The position numbers and the translations under genes are program-made. Shown in pieces: positions 8,822 through 18,721 of a stretch of 61,313 bases of DNA. The stretch is from contig CAMATU010000002.1 of assembly GCA_945861225.1 (NCBI GenBank), forward strand, positions 1 to 61,313, given 5' to 3'. Source of the DNA: Klebsiella pneumoniae (GTDB lineage: Bacteria; Pseudomonadota; Gammaproteobacteria; Ga0077536). Numbering within the stretch: position 1 is the stretch's first letter; each line of letters opens with the position of its first letter. The notes under the pieces were generated by a model that was not told the origin of the DNA, did not search any database, and worked only from the letters and a program-made list of their open reading frames with translations.

Positions 8822-11044
8822 TCAGGTGGCGACCAACACAGTGCCGATAACCGTTGCCGCTTTACAGTCGGCCGCACGCAGCGCCGCAAGACATTGCGCG
8901 ACCTGCCGCGCCGGCACCGCGAGGAGCAACCCACCCGATGTCTGCGGATCAAACAACAACGGATAACGCAGCGGAAACTGCGCGTGGTCGCTAATGGTTA
9001 AATGCGCGTCCAAACGCTCGTTGTGTTGATGGAGCGTACTGCGGATACCCGCCTCGACCATTTCGCACGCGCCAGCCAGTACGGGCAGCGCGCCGAGCGT
9101 TATTTCCGCCCGCAAGCCCCCGCGCCGAAGCATCTCGCTGAGATGACCGGCCAATCCGAAGCCCGTCACATCCGTCATCGCATGCACTTCGAAGGCCTCG
9201 ACGGCGCGCGCGGCGGGGCCGTTGGTCGCGACCATGTGTTCGAGCGCGTAATCCAGCCAGGCGCTGTGCGCGAGCCGCCGCATGGCGCCAGCCAGGACGA
9301 CGCCGCTACCGAGGGGTTTGGTCAGGATCAGGCAATCTCCGGCGCACAGAGCGTCCTTAGCCCTTAACTGATCGCGCGCGACATGGCCGTTAATCGCGAA
9401 GGCCAGCGACAATTCAGCCCCTTCACTGGTGTGACCACCGACCAGTGCAGTCCCTTCTTGCGCGAAGACCGCACTGGCGCCGGCCAGCAGCAGCGCCAAA
9501 TCACGGCGCACCATGGCCGGCGCGGCGAGCGGCAAGGTGACATAGGCCAGTGCCGATTGCGGCTGCGCGCCCATCGCGAAAATATCGGACAGACAATGGG
9601 CGGCAGTAATCTGGCCGAAGACATAGGGATCGGACACGAACGCGCGAAAGCCATCGATGGTATGCACCGCAAGGCGCCCTCGCGGCAACTCGGTCACTGC
9701 CGCATCGTCGCGGCCGCCAAGGCCCACGATGATGTCCGCACGCGGCGCCGCCGGCAGTTCCCGCAAGGCCTCGGCGATGATTTCCGCGCCGACCTTGGCG
9801 CCGCAACCGCCGCAGCGCATTGCTTGCGGACCGAGCGCTGCAATCTCGCGCGCCAAGGCGGCCGGTACAGGCGTCGCGGCGTGCGTCATCACTGGCAGGT
9901 GTTGGTACTTGCGCATGAAGCGACGATCAATCCAGTCTTTCCAACGCCATACCCAGGCGCCGCTCAAGCGCCAATTGCCGCGTGAGGCGACGGCTGACTT
10001 CGCGCCGGTGGAAATCAGACTCAGCGCGTCGCGTTGTGGACGATGGTCGCGAAGTGCTTCTCCGCGACAGGCACGGCGCAGATTTTCCGCCAGCGCTGGC
10101 CCTTGGCGCACCGCATATACGCCAGACTTAGGCCGCGGCGCGCCATCAATCGTTGCGCAGTCACCTACCGCGAAAATCTGCGGATGGGAGACCGAACGCA
10201 GATTATTGCCGACGCGGATATAGCCCGCCGCATCGACCGCGAGACCCGCCTCCGCGAACCACGGGGCAGCAGCGGCGGTAGTCACCCACAACACTTCATC
10301 GAGCCAAAAGCGCGCGCCGCTTTGCGCGTGGACTGCGTCCGGCTCGACGCGCACGATGCGCTGTCCGGTGTGTACCAGGATGCCCTGCGCGGCAAGCACG
10401 CGGGCGAACGTGTCGCGGGTGCGGCGATTATGGGCCGGCAGTACCTCGGTGGTCGCAGTGAACAAGTGAAACTCAAGATGTGCGGCGCTGCGTCCAGTGG
10501 CCGCGAGTTCGCCAAGCAGACGATGGCGAACGGCGAGGATTAGCTCAACCCCCCCTGCGCCGCCACCCACCACTCCCACCTTAAGCGGGCTGTTGCTCGC
10601 CAATACGCGCGCGTGCAGCGCCAGCCAGCGCACATTGAACTCATCGATCGGCTTTACCGGTGTTACGTTCGGCGAGATCTCGGGCAGATCTGCGAGTGAT
10701 GGCGTGGAACCCGCATTGATCGAGAGCAGATCAAATTCGAGCGGTGGCCGACCGCGACACAGCACACGCCGTGCAAGGATATCGAAACCTACCACTTCGG
10801 CCTGGATGAAGCGGGCCTGGGCGAATTCGGCCAGTGCCCGTAAATCGAAATGCATTTCATCGGGTTGGTAATGACCGGCGATAAGCCCTGGCAGCATGCC
10901 GGAATAGGGCGATTGGCTGGCGCGGCTGAGCAAGGTCAAACGTACCCCGGGTAACGGTTGCATGCCAAAGCGCTTCAATACGGCTAGATGACTGTGGCCG
11001 CCGCCGATGAGGACGAGATCTTTAACGACGGGTTGGGTTAGCAC
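8822..11044 (-). CDS. selD: Bifunctional FAD-dependent pyridine nucleotide-disulfide oxidoreductase / selenide,water dikinase (SelD fusion, Cys-type)
   Basis: The N-terminal half has DLVLIGGGHSH and GVVGGGAGGVE Rossmann motifs. The C-terminal half has RCGGCGAKVG ... GRDDAAV ... HTIDGFRAFVSDPYVFGQITAAHCLSDIFAMGAQP, which are SelD signatures. GTG 11044 (MLTQPVVKDLVLIGGG) is the likely start; the track start 11215 overlaps the divergent gene. Confidence 0.85.
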   Translation of the reverse strand: MLTQPVVKDLVLIGGGHSHLAVLKRFGMQPLPGVRLTLLSRASQSPYSGMLPGLIAGHYQPDEMHFDLRALAEFAQARFIQAEVVGFDILARRVLCRGRPPLEFDLLSINAGSTPSLADLPEISPNVTPVKPIDEFNVRWLALHARVLASNSPLKVGVVGGGAGGVELILAVRHRLLGELAATGRSAAHLEFHLFTATTEVLPAHNRRTRDTFARVLAAQGILVHTGQRIVRVEPDAVHAQSGARFWLDEVLWVTTAAAAPWFAEAGLAVDAAGYIRVGNNLRSVSHPQIFAVGDCATIDGAPRPKSGVYAVRQGPALAENLRRACRGEALRDHRPQRDALSLISTGAKSAVASRGNWRLSGAWVWRWKDWIDRRFMRKYQHLPVMTHAATPVPAALAREIAALGPQAMRCGGCGAKVGAEIIAEALRELPAAPRADIIVGLGGRDDAAVTELPRGRLAVHTIDGFRAFVSDPYVFGQITAAHCLSDIFAMGAQPQSALAYVTLPLAAPAMVRRDLALLLAGASAVFAQEGTALVGGHTSEGAELSLAFAINGHVARDQLRAKDALCAGDCLILTKPLGSGVVLAGAMRRLAHSAWLDYALEHMVATNGPAARAVEAFEVHAMTDVTGFGLAGHLSEMLRRGGLRAEITLGALPVLAGACEMVEAGIRSTLHQHNERLDAHLTISDHAQFPLRYPLLFDPQTSGGLLLAVPARQVAQCLAALRAADCKAATVIGTVLVAT

Positions 11045-11177
11045 GCGTAGCCGACACTGATTACCGAAGGTGGACTGTAGCGGACCCGCGGCCCTGCCCC
11101 AACCCCTACATTTATCCCGGCACCTGACGCCCTCGGGTACACTGCGGGGCATCAGCCTGTTCAGTTGGAGACTACCG

Positions 11178-11837
11178 ATGGATCTCGCAAGCCTTACCCA
11201 CCGCCTCGCGGCCATCGAAACCTCTCACCTGGCGGATGCCAACAAAGCGATCCGCCTGATGGACCCTGGTCTGCGACCACTGCATGCAGGGCGCAAGCTT
11301 ATTGGACGTGCTTTTACGCTCACCTGTCACGAGGATTTCATGACCGTGATGGTGGCGCTCAAGGAGGCTGAAGCGGGTGATGTGCTGGTGATCGATACCC
11401 GTGGCAGCCGGCGTGCGGTACTCGGCGAGCTGTTCAGTCTGGAAGCGCAACGGCGCGGCTTGGCGGGCATTATTGTCGATGGCCCCGTGCGGGACACGGT
11501 GACACTCCGGACGCTCGAGATCCCAATTTACGCGCGCAGCACAACCCCGCTTGCGGGCACCATCCAACAGCTTTCCCCGGTGCAGCAACCCGTGCAGTGC
11601 GGTGGAGTCACCGTCAACCCAGGCGATATGGTGTTTGGCGATGAGGATGGGATTATTGTCGCGAGCGCCGCCGAGCTCGCAGCGCTGTTGCCAGCAGCCG
11701 AAGAAATCGAGGCGCGTGAACGGGCCGTGATTGCGCGCCTGCAAGCCGGTGAGAGCTTGTTATCGATGCTCAATTTCGAGGAGCATCGGGCTAATCTGAT
11801 GGCCGGGCGCGAGAGTGCTTTGCGTTTTCTGACTTGA
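11178..11837 (+). CDS. RraA family protein (RNase E regulator / HMG-aldolase-like)
   Basis: Motifs GDVLVIDTRGSRRAVLGELFSLEAQRRGLAGIIVDGPVRD. ATG 11178 has a GGAG RBS. Confidence 0.8.
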   Translation: MDLASLTHRLAAIETSHLADANKAIRLMDPGLRPLHAGRKLIGRAFTLTCHEDFMTVMVALKEAEAGDVLVIDTRGSRRAVLGELFSLEAQRRGLAGIIVDGPVRDTVTLRTLEIPIYARSTTPLAGTIQQLSPVQQPVQCGGVTVNPGDMVFGDEDGIIVASAAELAALLPAAEEIEARERAVIARLQAGESLLSMLNFEEHRANLMAGRESALRFLT

Positions 11838-11840
11838 GGC

Positions 11841-11990
11841 TGATTCTCGACGCCGTCATCCCGGGCGAAGACCCGGGATCCAGGGGCGATGGATGTTCAG
11901 CGTGGATCCCGGCTCACCGCTGCGCGGTGTCCGGGATGACGGGGTTAAGGGAGTTGCGTTGATTCTCAATTTCGTCATTCCGAGTCTTCT
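11841..11990. repeat. Family-C palindromic intergenic repeats (cgtcatcccggg..cccgggatcc type), about 3 units
   Basis: cgtcatcccgggcgaagacccgggatcc (11854-11881) and ggatcccggctcaccgctgcgcggtgtccgggatgacgg (11904-11942). The same sequences recur near 15.3, 19.8, 29.0 and 51.3-51.4 kb. Coordinates are approximate. Confidence 0.8.
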
Positions 11991-12034
11991 CGCGACCAAT
12001 CTTTAAAACGATTACAACCAAAGAGGATCAAACA

Positions 12035-13090
12035 ATGTCACTCGATATGGATAAGTTGAACACCCTGGTGTTCCGCATGATCGGCGAGGTGGGCGCAGCA
12101 GCGCAGGGCTCGCTGGTGTTGTTGGGCGATCGGCTGGGGATTTATCGCGGGATTGTCGAGCATGGCCCGCTGTCCGCCGCTGGCCTGGCGGAAAAACTTG
12201 GCTTTCATGAGCGCTACCTGCGCGAGTGGCTGCATGCGCAGGTCGCGGCACAGTACATCGATTACGATGCTACCAACGAGACCTTTTCCCTGTCGCCTGA
12301 GCAGGCCGCGGTGTTCGCGGATCCCAACAGCCCAGCCGCACTGACCGGCGGCTACTGGGGGATCTCGTCGCTGTATCAGGACGAGCCAAAAATTGCCGAA
12401 GCGTTCAAAACTGGCGAGGGCGTGCCGTGGGGCGCGCACAGTGCATGCTTGTTCTGCGGCACTGAGAAGTTCTTCGGGCCCGCGTATCGCGCAAATTTGG
12501 TCGAGAGCTGGCTGCCCTCGCTCGATGGCATGTTGGCGAAACTGCAACACGGCGCGCGCGTCGCGGATGTGGGTTGCGGACACGCGCTCTCGACGCGCTT
12601 GATGGCGAAGGCTTTTCCGAATTCGCAATTTGTCGGTATCGATTATCACCAGCCCTCAATCGATCACGCGCGCGAACTCGTGCGCCAGGAAGGTCTCGGC
12701 AACCTGACCTTCGAGCAAGGCACCGCGCAGGAGTTCGCCGGTGACAACTACGATTTGATTACCTTCTTCGATTGCCTGCACGACATGGGCGATCCCGAAG
12801 GCGCGGCACGCAATGTGCGGAAGCGTCTGAAGCCCGATGGCACCTGGATGATTGTGGAGCCACAGGCGGGTGACACCCTCAGCGAGAACATCAACCCGAT
12901 CGGGCGCGCTTTCCTCGCGTTTTCAACCATGGTGTGTGTGCCAGCCTCTTTAAGCCAAGCCGGACGCGCCGGGCTTGGCGCGCAAGCCGGTGAGAAGCGC
13001 TTAACGGCCGTGATCAAAGCCGGTGGCTTCACGCACGTGCGACGTGCCACCGAGACGCCGACCAACATGATTCTCGAAGCACGACCGTAG
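12035..13090 (+). CDS. Class I SAM-dependent methyltransferase with N-terminal winged-helix-like domain
   Basis: VADVGCGHALSTRLMAKAFPNSQFVGIDYH is SAM motif I; also DLITFFDCLHDMGDP. Confidence 0.8.
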   Translation: MSLDMDKLNTLVFRMIGEVGAAAQGSLVLLGDRLGIYRGIVEHGPLSAAGLAEKLGFHERYLREWLHAQVAAQYIDYDATNETFSLSPEQAAVFADPNSPAALTGGYWGISSLYQDEPKIAEAFKTGEGVPWGAHSACLFCGTEKFFGPAYRANLVESWLPSLDGMLAKLQHGARVADVGCGHALSTRLMAKAFPNSQFVGIDYHQPSIDHARELVRQEGLGNLTFEQGTAQEFAGDNYDLITFFDCLHDMGDPEGAARNVRKRLKPDGTWMIVEPQAGDTLSENINPIGRAFLAFSTMVCVPASLSQAGRAGLGAQAGEKRLTAVIKAGGFTHVRRATETPTNMILEARP

Positions 13091-13098
13091 AGGACGCC

Positions 13099-14073
13099 AT
13101 GACGCACGCAATTCGCCTACATCGCACAGGGGGTCCGGAAGTCCTGCAATGGGAAACGGTTGAGGTGCCAGTCCCGGGACCGAAAGAGATCAGGCTGCGG
13201 CATACCGCGGTGGGTCTGAACTATATCGATGTTTATTACCGCACCGGGTTGTACCCGGCGCCGCTGCCATTTTCGCCGGGGCTGGAAGCGGCCGGGGTGG
13301 TGGACGCGGTGGGTGCCGAAGTCACCACCCTCAAGGTGGGTGATCGTGTGGCCTATTCCACTGGTCCGCTCGGCGCCTACGCTGAAGCGCGCGTGATCGC
13401 GGCCGAACGGATGGTGAAGATCCCAGACGGGATTTCAGATCAGCAAGCCGCTGCCATGATGTTGCAGGGCATGACCGCCGAATATCTGGTGCGGCGGACT
13501 TATCCTATTAAGCGTGGTGACACGATTCTGATCCACGCGGCGGCCGGCGGCGTTGGCTTGATCGTGTGTCAATGGGCGAAGCACCTCGGCGCAACGGTGA
13601 TCGGCACTGTGGGATCGGATGAAAAAGCAGCGCTGGCGCGCGCTAATGGCTGCGATTATCCCATTGTCTACACCCGCGAAGATTTCCAAGCACGCGTGCT
13701 GGAGATTACGAATGGTGCAAAAGTGCCGGTGGTCTATGACTCAGTGGGGCGTGACACCTTCGCGAAGTCCCTGGATTGTTTGGCACCGCTCGGTCTGCTC
13801 GCGTTATTCGGGCAGGCGTCGGGGCCGGTGCCGCCGTTTGATCTCGGCCAACTCGCGGCCAAGGGTTCGCTCTACATCACGCGGCCTACTTTGTTCACCT
13901 ACACTGCGCAACGCGCCGATCTGGAGGCCAGCTCAAGCGCGTTATTTGATTTGGTGCAGCGCGGGGTCGTGAAAATTTCCGTCAACCAGACCTATCCGCT
14001 GCGCAATGCAGCGGATGCGCAGCGCGACCTTGAAGCACGCCGCACCACGGGCTCAACGGTGTTGGTCGTGTAA
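13099..14073 (+). CDS. qor: NADPH:quinone oxidoreductase (zeta-crystallin/MDR family)
   Basis: AVGLNYIDVYYRTGLYP, HAAAGGVGL, and the C-terminal TGSTVLV tail. Confidence 0.85.
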   Translation: MTHAIRLHRTGGPEVLQWETVEVPVPGPKEIRLRHTAVGLNYIDVYYRTGLYPAPLPFSPGLEAAGVVDAVGAEVTTLKVGDRVAYSTGPLGAYAEARVIAAERMVKIPDGISDQQAAAMMLQGMTAEYLVRRTYPIKRGDTILIHAAAGGVGLIVCQWAKHLGATVIGTVGSDEKAALARANGCDYPIVYTREDFQARVLEITNGAKVPVVYDSVGRDTFAKSLDCLAPLGLLALFGQASGPVPPFDLGQLAAKGSLYITRPTLFTYTAQRADLEASSSALFDLVQRGVVKISVNQTYPLRNAADAQRDLEARRTTGSTVLVV

Positions 14074-14102
14074 AACATCCGCCAAGAAGATCAAATACCA
14101 GT

Positions 14103-14199
14103 TGTAGGAGCGGCTTCAGCCGCGAATCGCTAGCCGCGAATCCCTAGCCGCGATGGGGCCTCGATACGATCCGAATCGCGCCTAAAGGCGCTCCTGCAG
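14103..14199. repeat. Family-A REP pair in inverted orientation (tgtaggagcggcttcagccgcga type)
   Basis: 14103-14127 tgtaggagcggcttcagccgcgaat, with an inverted copy at 14175-14199. The same unit occurs at 16646, 16696, 28846, 28902, 39001, 47371 and 47411. Confidence 0.85.
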
Positions 14200-14285
14200 T
14201 TTGCTTTAAGCCGCGCCGTACTTTGCCGCTAACCAGAGCGACTCATCCGAATCAATGCCGCGCTACGCGGCAGGGAGTAGCGCTT

Positions 14286-15216
14286 ATGGCGATCATAAAA
14301 GAGCCCCCAATCACCGCCCCCGCGTCGCTGGCGAGCGCACCAAAGCCGGTGACAGTGGCAGATCTGGTGCGTGAGGTTTCAGCCCTTGCGTCACTCCCCG
14401 GTGCCTGCCTGCGCGTGATGGAAATCGCGGACGATCAGCGCGCCTCCTCGCGCGACATGGCGGAAGTGATCAGCATCGATCCAGGCTTATCGGCCCGTCT
14501 GCTGCGCCTGGTAAATAGCGCCTACTACGGTTTGCCCGAGCCGCTCGACAATGTCGCTCAGGCGGTGCACGTGATCGGCACCAGCGCGCTGCGCAATCTT
14601 GCGCTGGCGACCGGTGCGGTGAGCGCCTTCAAAGAGATCCCAACGACCTTGGTCGATATGGATGCCTTCTGGAATGCGAGCGTGCATTGTGGCTTGCTCG
14701 CCCGTGCGCTCGCCCGCATCGCCCGCCATCAGCAACCCGAACGTCTGTTTGCGACCGGTCTGCTGCATGCAGTAGGTCAGCTGGTGATGTACACCCAGGC
14801 GCCAGCGCGCGCGTCTGGTGCTCGACCAGATCCGTGCACAACCGCAGACGCGGCCCGCCATCGAACAGCAGGTGTTCGGCTTCGACTACTGCGAGGTTGG
14901 TGCCGCGCTGCTGGAAGTATGGCGACTGCCGCCCAGCATGTGGATGCCGATTCGTCATCATCGCAATCCGGTCGCCGCCACCGACTACCGCACCGATACT
15001 GCCGTCCTCACGATTGCGCAAGCCGTCACTGCCGTTTTCGAGCCCGATGTAAAAACCGGCATGCCCCTCACGCGCAGCGCACCTGCGATCGACGCCGTGG
15101 CCTGGTTACAGAGCGGACTGGTGGCCGATGTCCTGCCACCGGCACTCGAAGAAGTGGATGCGCAATGGTTTGAAGTCATCGAAATAATCTCACCGGGCGG
15201 GACCTTGGTTTACTGA
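14286..15216 (+). pseudogene. HDOD domain protein, frameshifted in a (GC)n tract near 14805-14813
   Basis: The frame-A product ends in Arg/Cys-rich nonsense after ...GLLHAVGQLVMYTQAPARA. The frame-B ORF (14818-15216) continues with HDOD-like LVLDQIRAQ...QQVFGFDYCEVGAALLEVWRLPPSMWMPIRHH. Adding one CG unit restores ...APARARLVLDQI.... Confidence 0.7.
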
Positions 15217-15322
15217 GGGCGGTGCCCGCCGATTCCGTCACCCCGGAGCTTGCGGACACCGCCGAAGCCTCAGCGAAAGCTCGGAGAATATCCAGGGTCC
15301 ACCCAGAACATCACACGCCCCT

Positions 15323-15418
15323 GGATCCCGGGTCTGCGCCCGGGATGACGGATCTAAACGCCGCGCAGGCCAATAAGCTTCGTCATCCCGGATGCCGCGT
15401 AGCGGTGAGCCGGGATCC
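15323..15418. repeat. Family-C palindromic repeats (2 units)
   Basis: ggatcccgggtctgcgcccgggatgacgg (15323-15351) and cgtcatcccggatgccgcgtagcggtgagccgggatcc (15381-15418). Confidence 0.8.
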
Positions 15419-15516
15419 ATTCTGAACACCAGTTTGCCTTGGACCAAGGTTCTCCGTCCTGGATGACGATGTTGGCGTATGCTAAGCATCAACTTACGCA
15501 GAACCGCTGAAAAGGA

Positions 15517-16587
15517 ATGCCTATGAGTACGCCGCAAACCGACGATGTGCGGGTCATCGGCACGACGGATGTAATCGCCCCTGCGGTGCTCACGCAGGAT
15601 TTACCCCTCAGTCCGCGCGCGGCGGACACTGTGTTAGCCGCCCGCCGCACCTTGCGCGAGATTCTGTCCGGGCGCGATCCGCGCCTTATTTGCATCGTTG
15701 GTCCCTGTTCTATTCACGATCCGGCGGCGGCGCGCGATTACGCGACGCGCCTGCAGGCGTTGGCCACCCACCTCAGCGCCGAATTGTTCGTCGTGATGCG
15801 CTGCTACTTCGAGAAGCCGCGCACTACGGTTGGTTGGAAAGGGTTGGTCAATGATCCTGGCCTCGACAACAGCTTTCGCATTAACGACGGCCTGCACATC
15901 GCACGCGGACTGCTGCTCGCGATCAACGAGCTGGGCTTGCCTGTGGGCACCGAGTTTCTGGATCCGATCAGCCCCCAATACATCGCAGATCTCGTCGCGT
16001 GGGGCGCGATTGGCGCGCGCACCACCGAAAGCCAGGTGCACCGTGAACTCGCATCAGGCCTGTCGTGCCCGATCGGTTTCAAGAATGGCACCGACGGCAG
16101 CGTGCAAATTGCCATTGACGCCGCGCAGGCGGCCTCTCATCCCCATCACTTTCTGGGCGTGACCAAAGTCGGCACCGTGGCGGTGATCGCGACCGCCGGG
16201 AATCCTGATTGCCACGTGATTCTGCGCGGGGGATCGAAGGAACCGAATTACGGCGCAGCGGCGGTGAGTGCGGCGGTGGCACGCATGGTGGCGTCCGGGC
16301 TCCGGCCGAATTTGATTATCGATGTCAGTCACGCCAATAGCCGCAAGGATCACCAGCAGCAACTCGCTGTTAGTGCAGATGTCGCCCAGCAGATAGCGCT
16401 TGGTAATACCCAAATAGTCGGCGTAATGATTGAAAGTTTTTTGGTGGCCGGGCGCCAGGAGGCGCGACCGGGCCAACCGTTAACTTATGGGCAGAGCATT
16501 ACCGATGCCTGCATCCACTGGCACGATACAGAGATCGTATTGACGCAGTTGGCAGCGGCCGCTGCGCAGCGACGTGCACGCAACTGA
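15517..16587 (+). CDS. 3-deoxy-7-phosphoheptulonate (DAHP) synthase, class I
   Basis: IVGPCSIHDP, KPRTTVGWKGL and GFKNGTDG motifs; 356 aa. Confidence 0.9.
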   Translation: MPMSTPQTDDVRVIGTTDVIAPAVLTQDLPLSPRAADTVLAARRTLREILSGRDPRLICIVGPCSIHDPAAARDYATRLQALATHLSAELFVVMRCYFEKPRTTVGWKGLVNDPGLDNSFRINDGLHIARGLLLAINELGLPVGTEFLDPISPQYIADLVAWGAIGARTTESQVHRELASGLSCPIGFKNGTDGSVQIAIDAAQAASHPHHFLGVTKVGTVAVIATAGNPDCHVILRGGSKEPNYGAAAVSAAVARMVASGLRPNLIIDVSHANSRKDHQQQLAVSADVAQQIALGNTQIVGVMIESFLVAGRQEARPGQPLTYGQSITDACIHWHDTEIVLTQLAAAAAQRRARN

Positions 16588-16645
16588 GTGCTGCGCGCAT
16601 CGATTTGCGCATGCCCGCCGTGTGGCGCTGATATTCGAATTTTCG

Positions 16646-16769
16646 TGTAGGAGCGCCTTTAGGCGCGATGGGCGCCGGGGTTGAGCGCTCCACCGAATCG
16701 CGGCTGAAGCCGCTCCTACGGAAGAGGGGCAGTCATAGGGCGGAAAAGCACAGCGCCTTCCGCCGTATG
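16646..16769. repeat. Mosaic: family-A inverted pair plus family-B palindrome
   Basis: Family A at 16646-16672 and an inverted copy at 16696-16719. Family B catagggcggaaaagcacagcgccttccgccgtatg at 16734-16769. Confidence 0.85.
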
Positions 16770-16789
16770 CAACTCACGCCCGCAATTAA

Positions 16790-17968
16790 TCAGCAGACTT
16801 CAAACAAGCCCGCTGCACCCATCCCCATGCCGACGCACATGGTTACCACGACATACTTCACGCCGCGCCGCTTGCCTTCGATCAGTGCGTGACCGATGAG
16901 GCGGCTGCCGGTCATGCCGTAGGGATGGCCTACTGCAATTGCACCGCCGTTTACATTCAGGCGATCGCTCGGAATGCCGAGCTTGTCGCGGCAGTAAATG
17001 ACTTGCACGGCGAAGGCTTCGTTCAGTTCCCACAAGCCGACGTCCTGCATTTTGATGCCCGTGAGTTTGAGCAGCTTCGGCACCGCGAAGACCGGGCCGA
17101 TGCCCATCTCATCGGGCTCACACCCGGCGACGGCGAAGCCGCGGAAGATGCCCATCGGGGCTAGCCCCTTTTTCGCGGCAAGTTTGTCGCTCATGACCAC
17201 CTGCACGGCCGCGCCATCCGAGAATTGACTGGCATTACCGGCCGCTACACAGCCACCTTCCATCGCCGGTTTGATGACTGACACACCTTCGTAGGTCGTA
17301 TCCGGACGAATGCCTTCATCTTCGCTGGCAGTCACCTCTCGTACCGATTCCTGACCGGTGTTCTTATCAATGACCTTCATCTTGGTGGTGATCGGCACGA
17401 TTTCGTCTTTGAACTTACCCGCCGCGCGCGCCTTGCCGGCCTTTACCTGACTCTCGGCACCGTAGCGATCCTGGACTTCGCGCCCAATCTTGTAGCGTTG
17501 AGCGACGTTCTCGGCAGTCTGCAGCATCGACCAATAGACCGCTGGCTTGTTCGCGAGCAGCCATTCGTCTTCGAACATGTGCTTGTTCATTTCGTTCTGC
17601 ACGCAGGAGATCGATTCCACGCCGCCGGCGACATAGACCTCGGCCTCGCCAGTCATGATGCGCTGCGCGGCGAGTGCGACGGTTTGTAAGCCAGAGGAGC
17701 AGAAACGGTTAACCGTCATACCAGACACGGTGACTGGCATCCCGGCGCGGAGCGCGGCCTGGCGGGCGATATCCGAACCTGTCGCGCCTTCGGGATTCGC
17801 GCAGCCGAGAATCACGTCGTCGACTTCGCCGGCTTCAATGCCCGCGCGTTCGACCGCTGCCTTGATGACATGGCCTGCCATGGTCGCACCATGCGTGATG
17901 TTAAGGGCGCCGCGCCAGCTTTTGCAGAGCGGTGTGCGGGCGGTGGCAACGATTACGGCTTCAGTCAT
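16790..17968 (-). CDS. Acetyl-CoA C-acyltransferase (thiolase)
   Basis: [18 protein letters not shown] (active-site Cys), [22 protein letters not shown]. Confidence 0.9.
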   Translation of the reverse strand: MTEAVIVATARTPLCKSWRGALNITHGATMAGHVIKAAVERAGIEAGEVDDVILGCANPEGATGSDIARQAALRAGMPVTVSGMTVNRFCSSGLQTVALAAQRIMTGEAEVYVAGGVESISCVQNEMNKHMFEDEWLLANKPAVYWSMLQTAENVAQRYKIGREVQDRYGAESQVKAGKARAAGKFKDEIVPITTKMKVIDKNTGQESVREVTASEDEGIRPDTTYEGVSVIKPAMEGGCVAAGNASQFSDGAAVQVVMSDKLAAKKGLAPMGIFRGFAVAGCEPDEMGIGPVFAVPKLLKLTGIKMQDVGLWELNEAFAVQVIYCRDKLGIPSDRLNVNGGAIAVGHPYGMTGSRLIGHALIEGKRRGVKYVVVTMCVGMGMGAAGLFEVC

Positions 17969-18012
17969 GGGCTACTCCTCTCGGGCTGCTTAGAAAAATT
18001 AGGTTAGCCACT

Positions 18013-18687
18013 CTAGCCGAGCGTTGCATCCTCGTCACCTTGGGACGGCACGAGCCAATGCCAGAACCCGGTGGCGCAGAACGCGCCTAGCAACTGTGCA
18101 ATCACGAAGCCACCTACATCACCAGGCCGAATACCGGCAAAGGTATCGCTGGCGGCGCGGGCGAGGGTCACTGCTGGATTGGCGAAGGAAGTGGAGGCGG
18201 TAAACCAGTAGGCAGCGGTGATGTAAGCGGCGACCAGGTAAGGCAGCGCGGCGAGGCGTTGTCTGAGGCACGCCCAAATCACACTCAACAAACCGAAGGT
18301 CGCGACGAATTCGCTCCACCATTGCGCAGCGCCGCTGCGGATGTGCGTGGCGGCCAGGAACAGGGGTTCCTGAAACATTAAGTGGGCTGCCGCGACTCCG
18401 GCGAAGGCGCCGAGGAGTTGCGCCAGCAAGTAGGGGACTACCTCGCGCCAGTGATGTTGATTGCGGCTGGCGAGTGCCAGGGTGACCGCCGGATTGAAAT
18501 GCGCGCCGGACACCGGACCGAAGATTACGATTAACACCGTCAGCATGCAGCCGGTGGCGAGGCTGTTCGCAAGCAGGGCGAGCGCGACGTTACCTTCCGC
18601 CAGACGCTCACCCATGATGCCAGAGCCGATCACGGTGGCCAGCAGCAAGCCCGTACCCAGCGCTTCGGCCGCGAGGCGGCGCCTCAT
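18013..18687 (-). CDS. MIP-family channel (aquaglyceroporin-like, ars-associated)
   Basis: Two NPA boxes (HFNPAVTLA and FANPAVTLAR). ATG 18687 lies just downstream of the arsI stop; the track start 18810 overlaps arsI. Confidence 0.8.
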   Translation of the reverse strand: MRRRLAAEALGTGLLLATVIGSGIMGERLAEGNVALALLANSLATGCMLTVLIVIFGPVSGAHFNPAVTLALASRNQHHWREVVPYLLAQLLGAFAGVAAAHLMFQEPLFLAATHIRSGAAQWWSEFVATFGLLSVIWACLRQRLAALPYLVAAYITAAYWFTASTSFANPAVTLARAASDTFAGIRPGDVGGFVIAQLLGAFCATGFWHWLVPSQGDEDATLG

Positions 18688-18721
18688 AGGCGCCGCGACT
18701 GCGCTGCGCGAAGTGGTGTAC

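Noticed and set aside
9700-9860. Whether SelD itself contains a Sec (UGA) codon
   Set aside because: The catalytic N-terminal motif reads CGGCGAK with a normal Cys codon, and the ORF is uninterrupted. This is a Cys-type SelD.
15222-15425. Short ORFs translating repeat DNA (for example 15222-15425, 16668-16892 and the N-terminal 70 codons of 19742-21466)
   Set aside because: They are made entirely of family A, B or C palindromic repeats that recur in non-coding positions across the window. They are not protein-coding.
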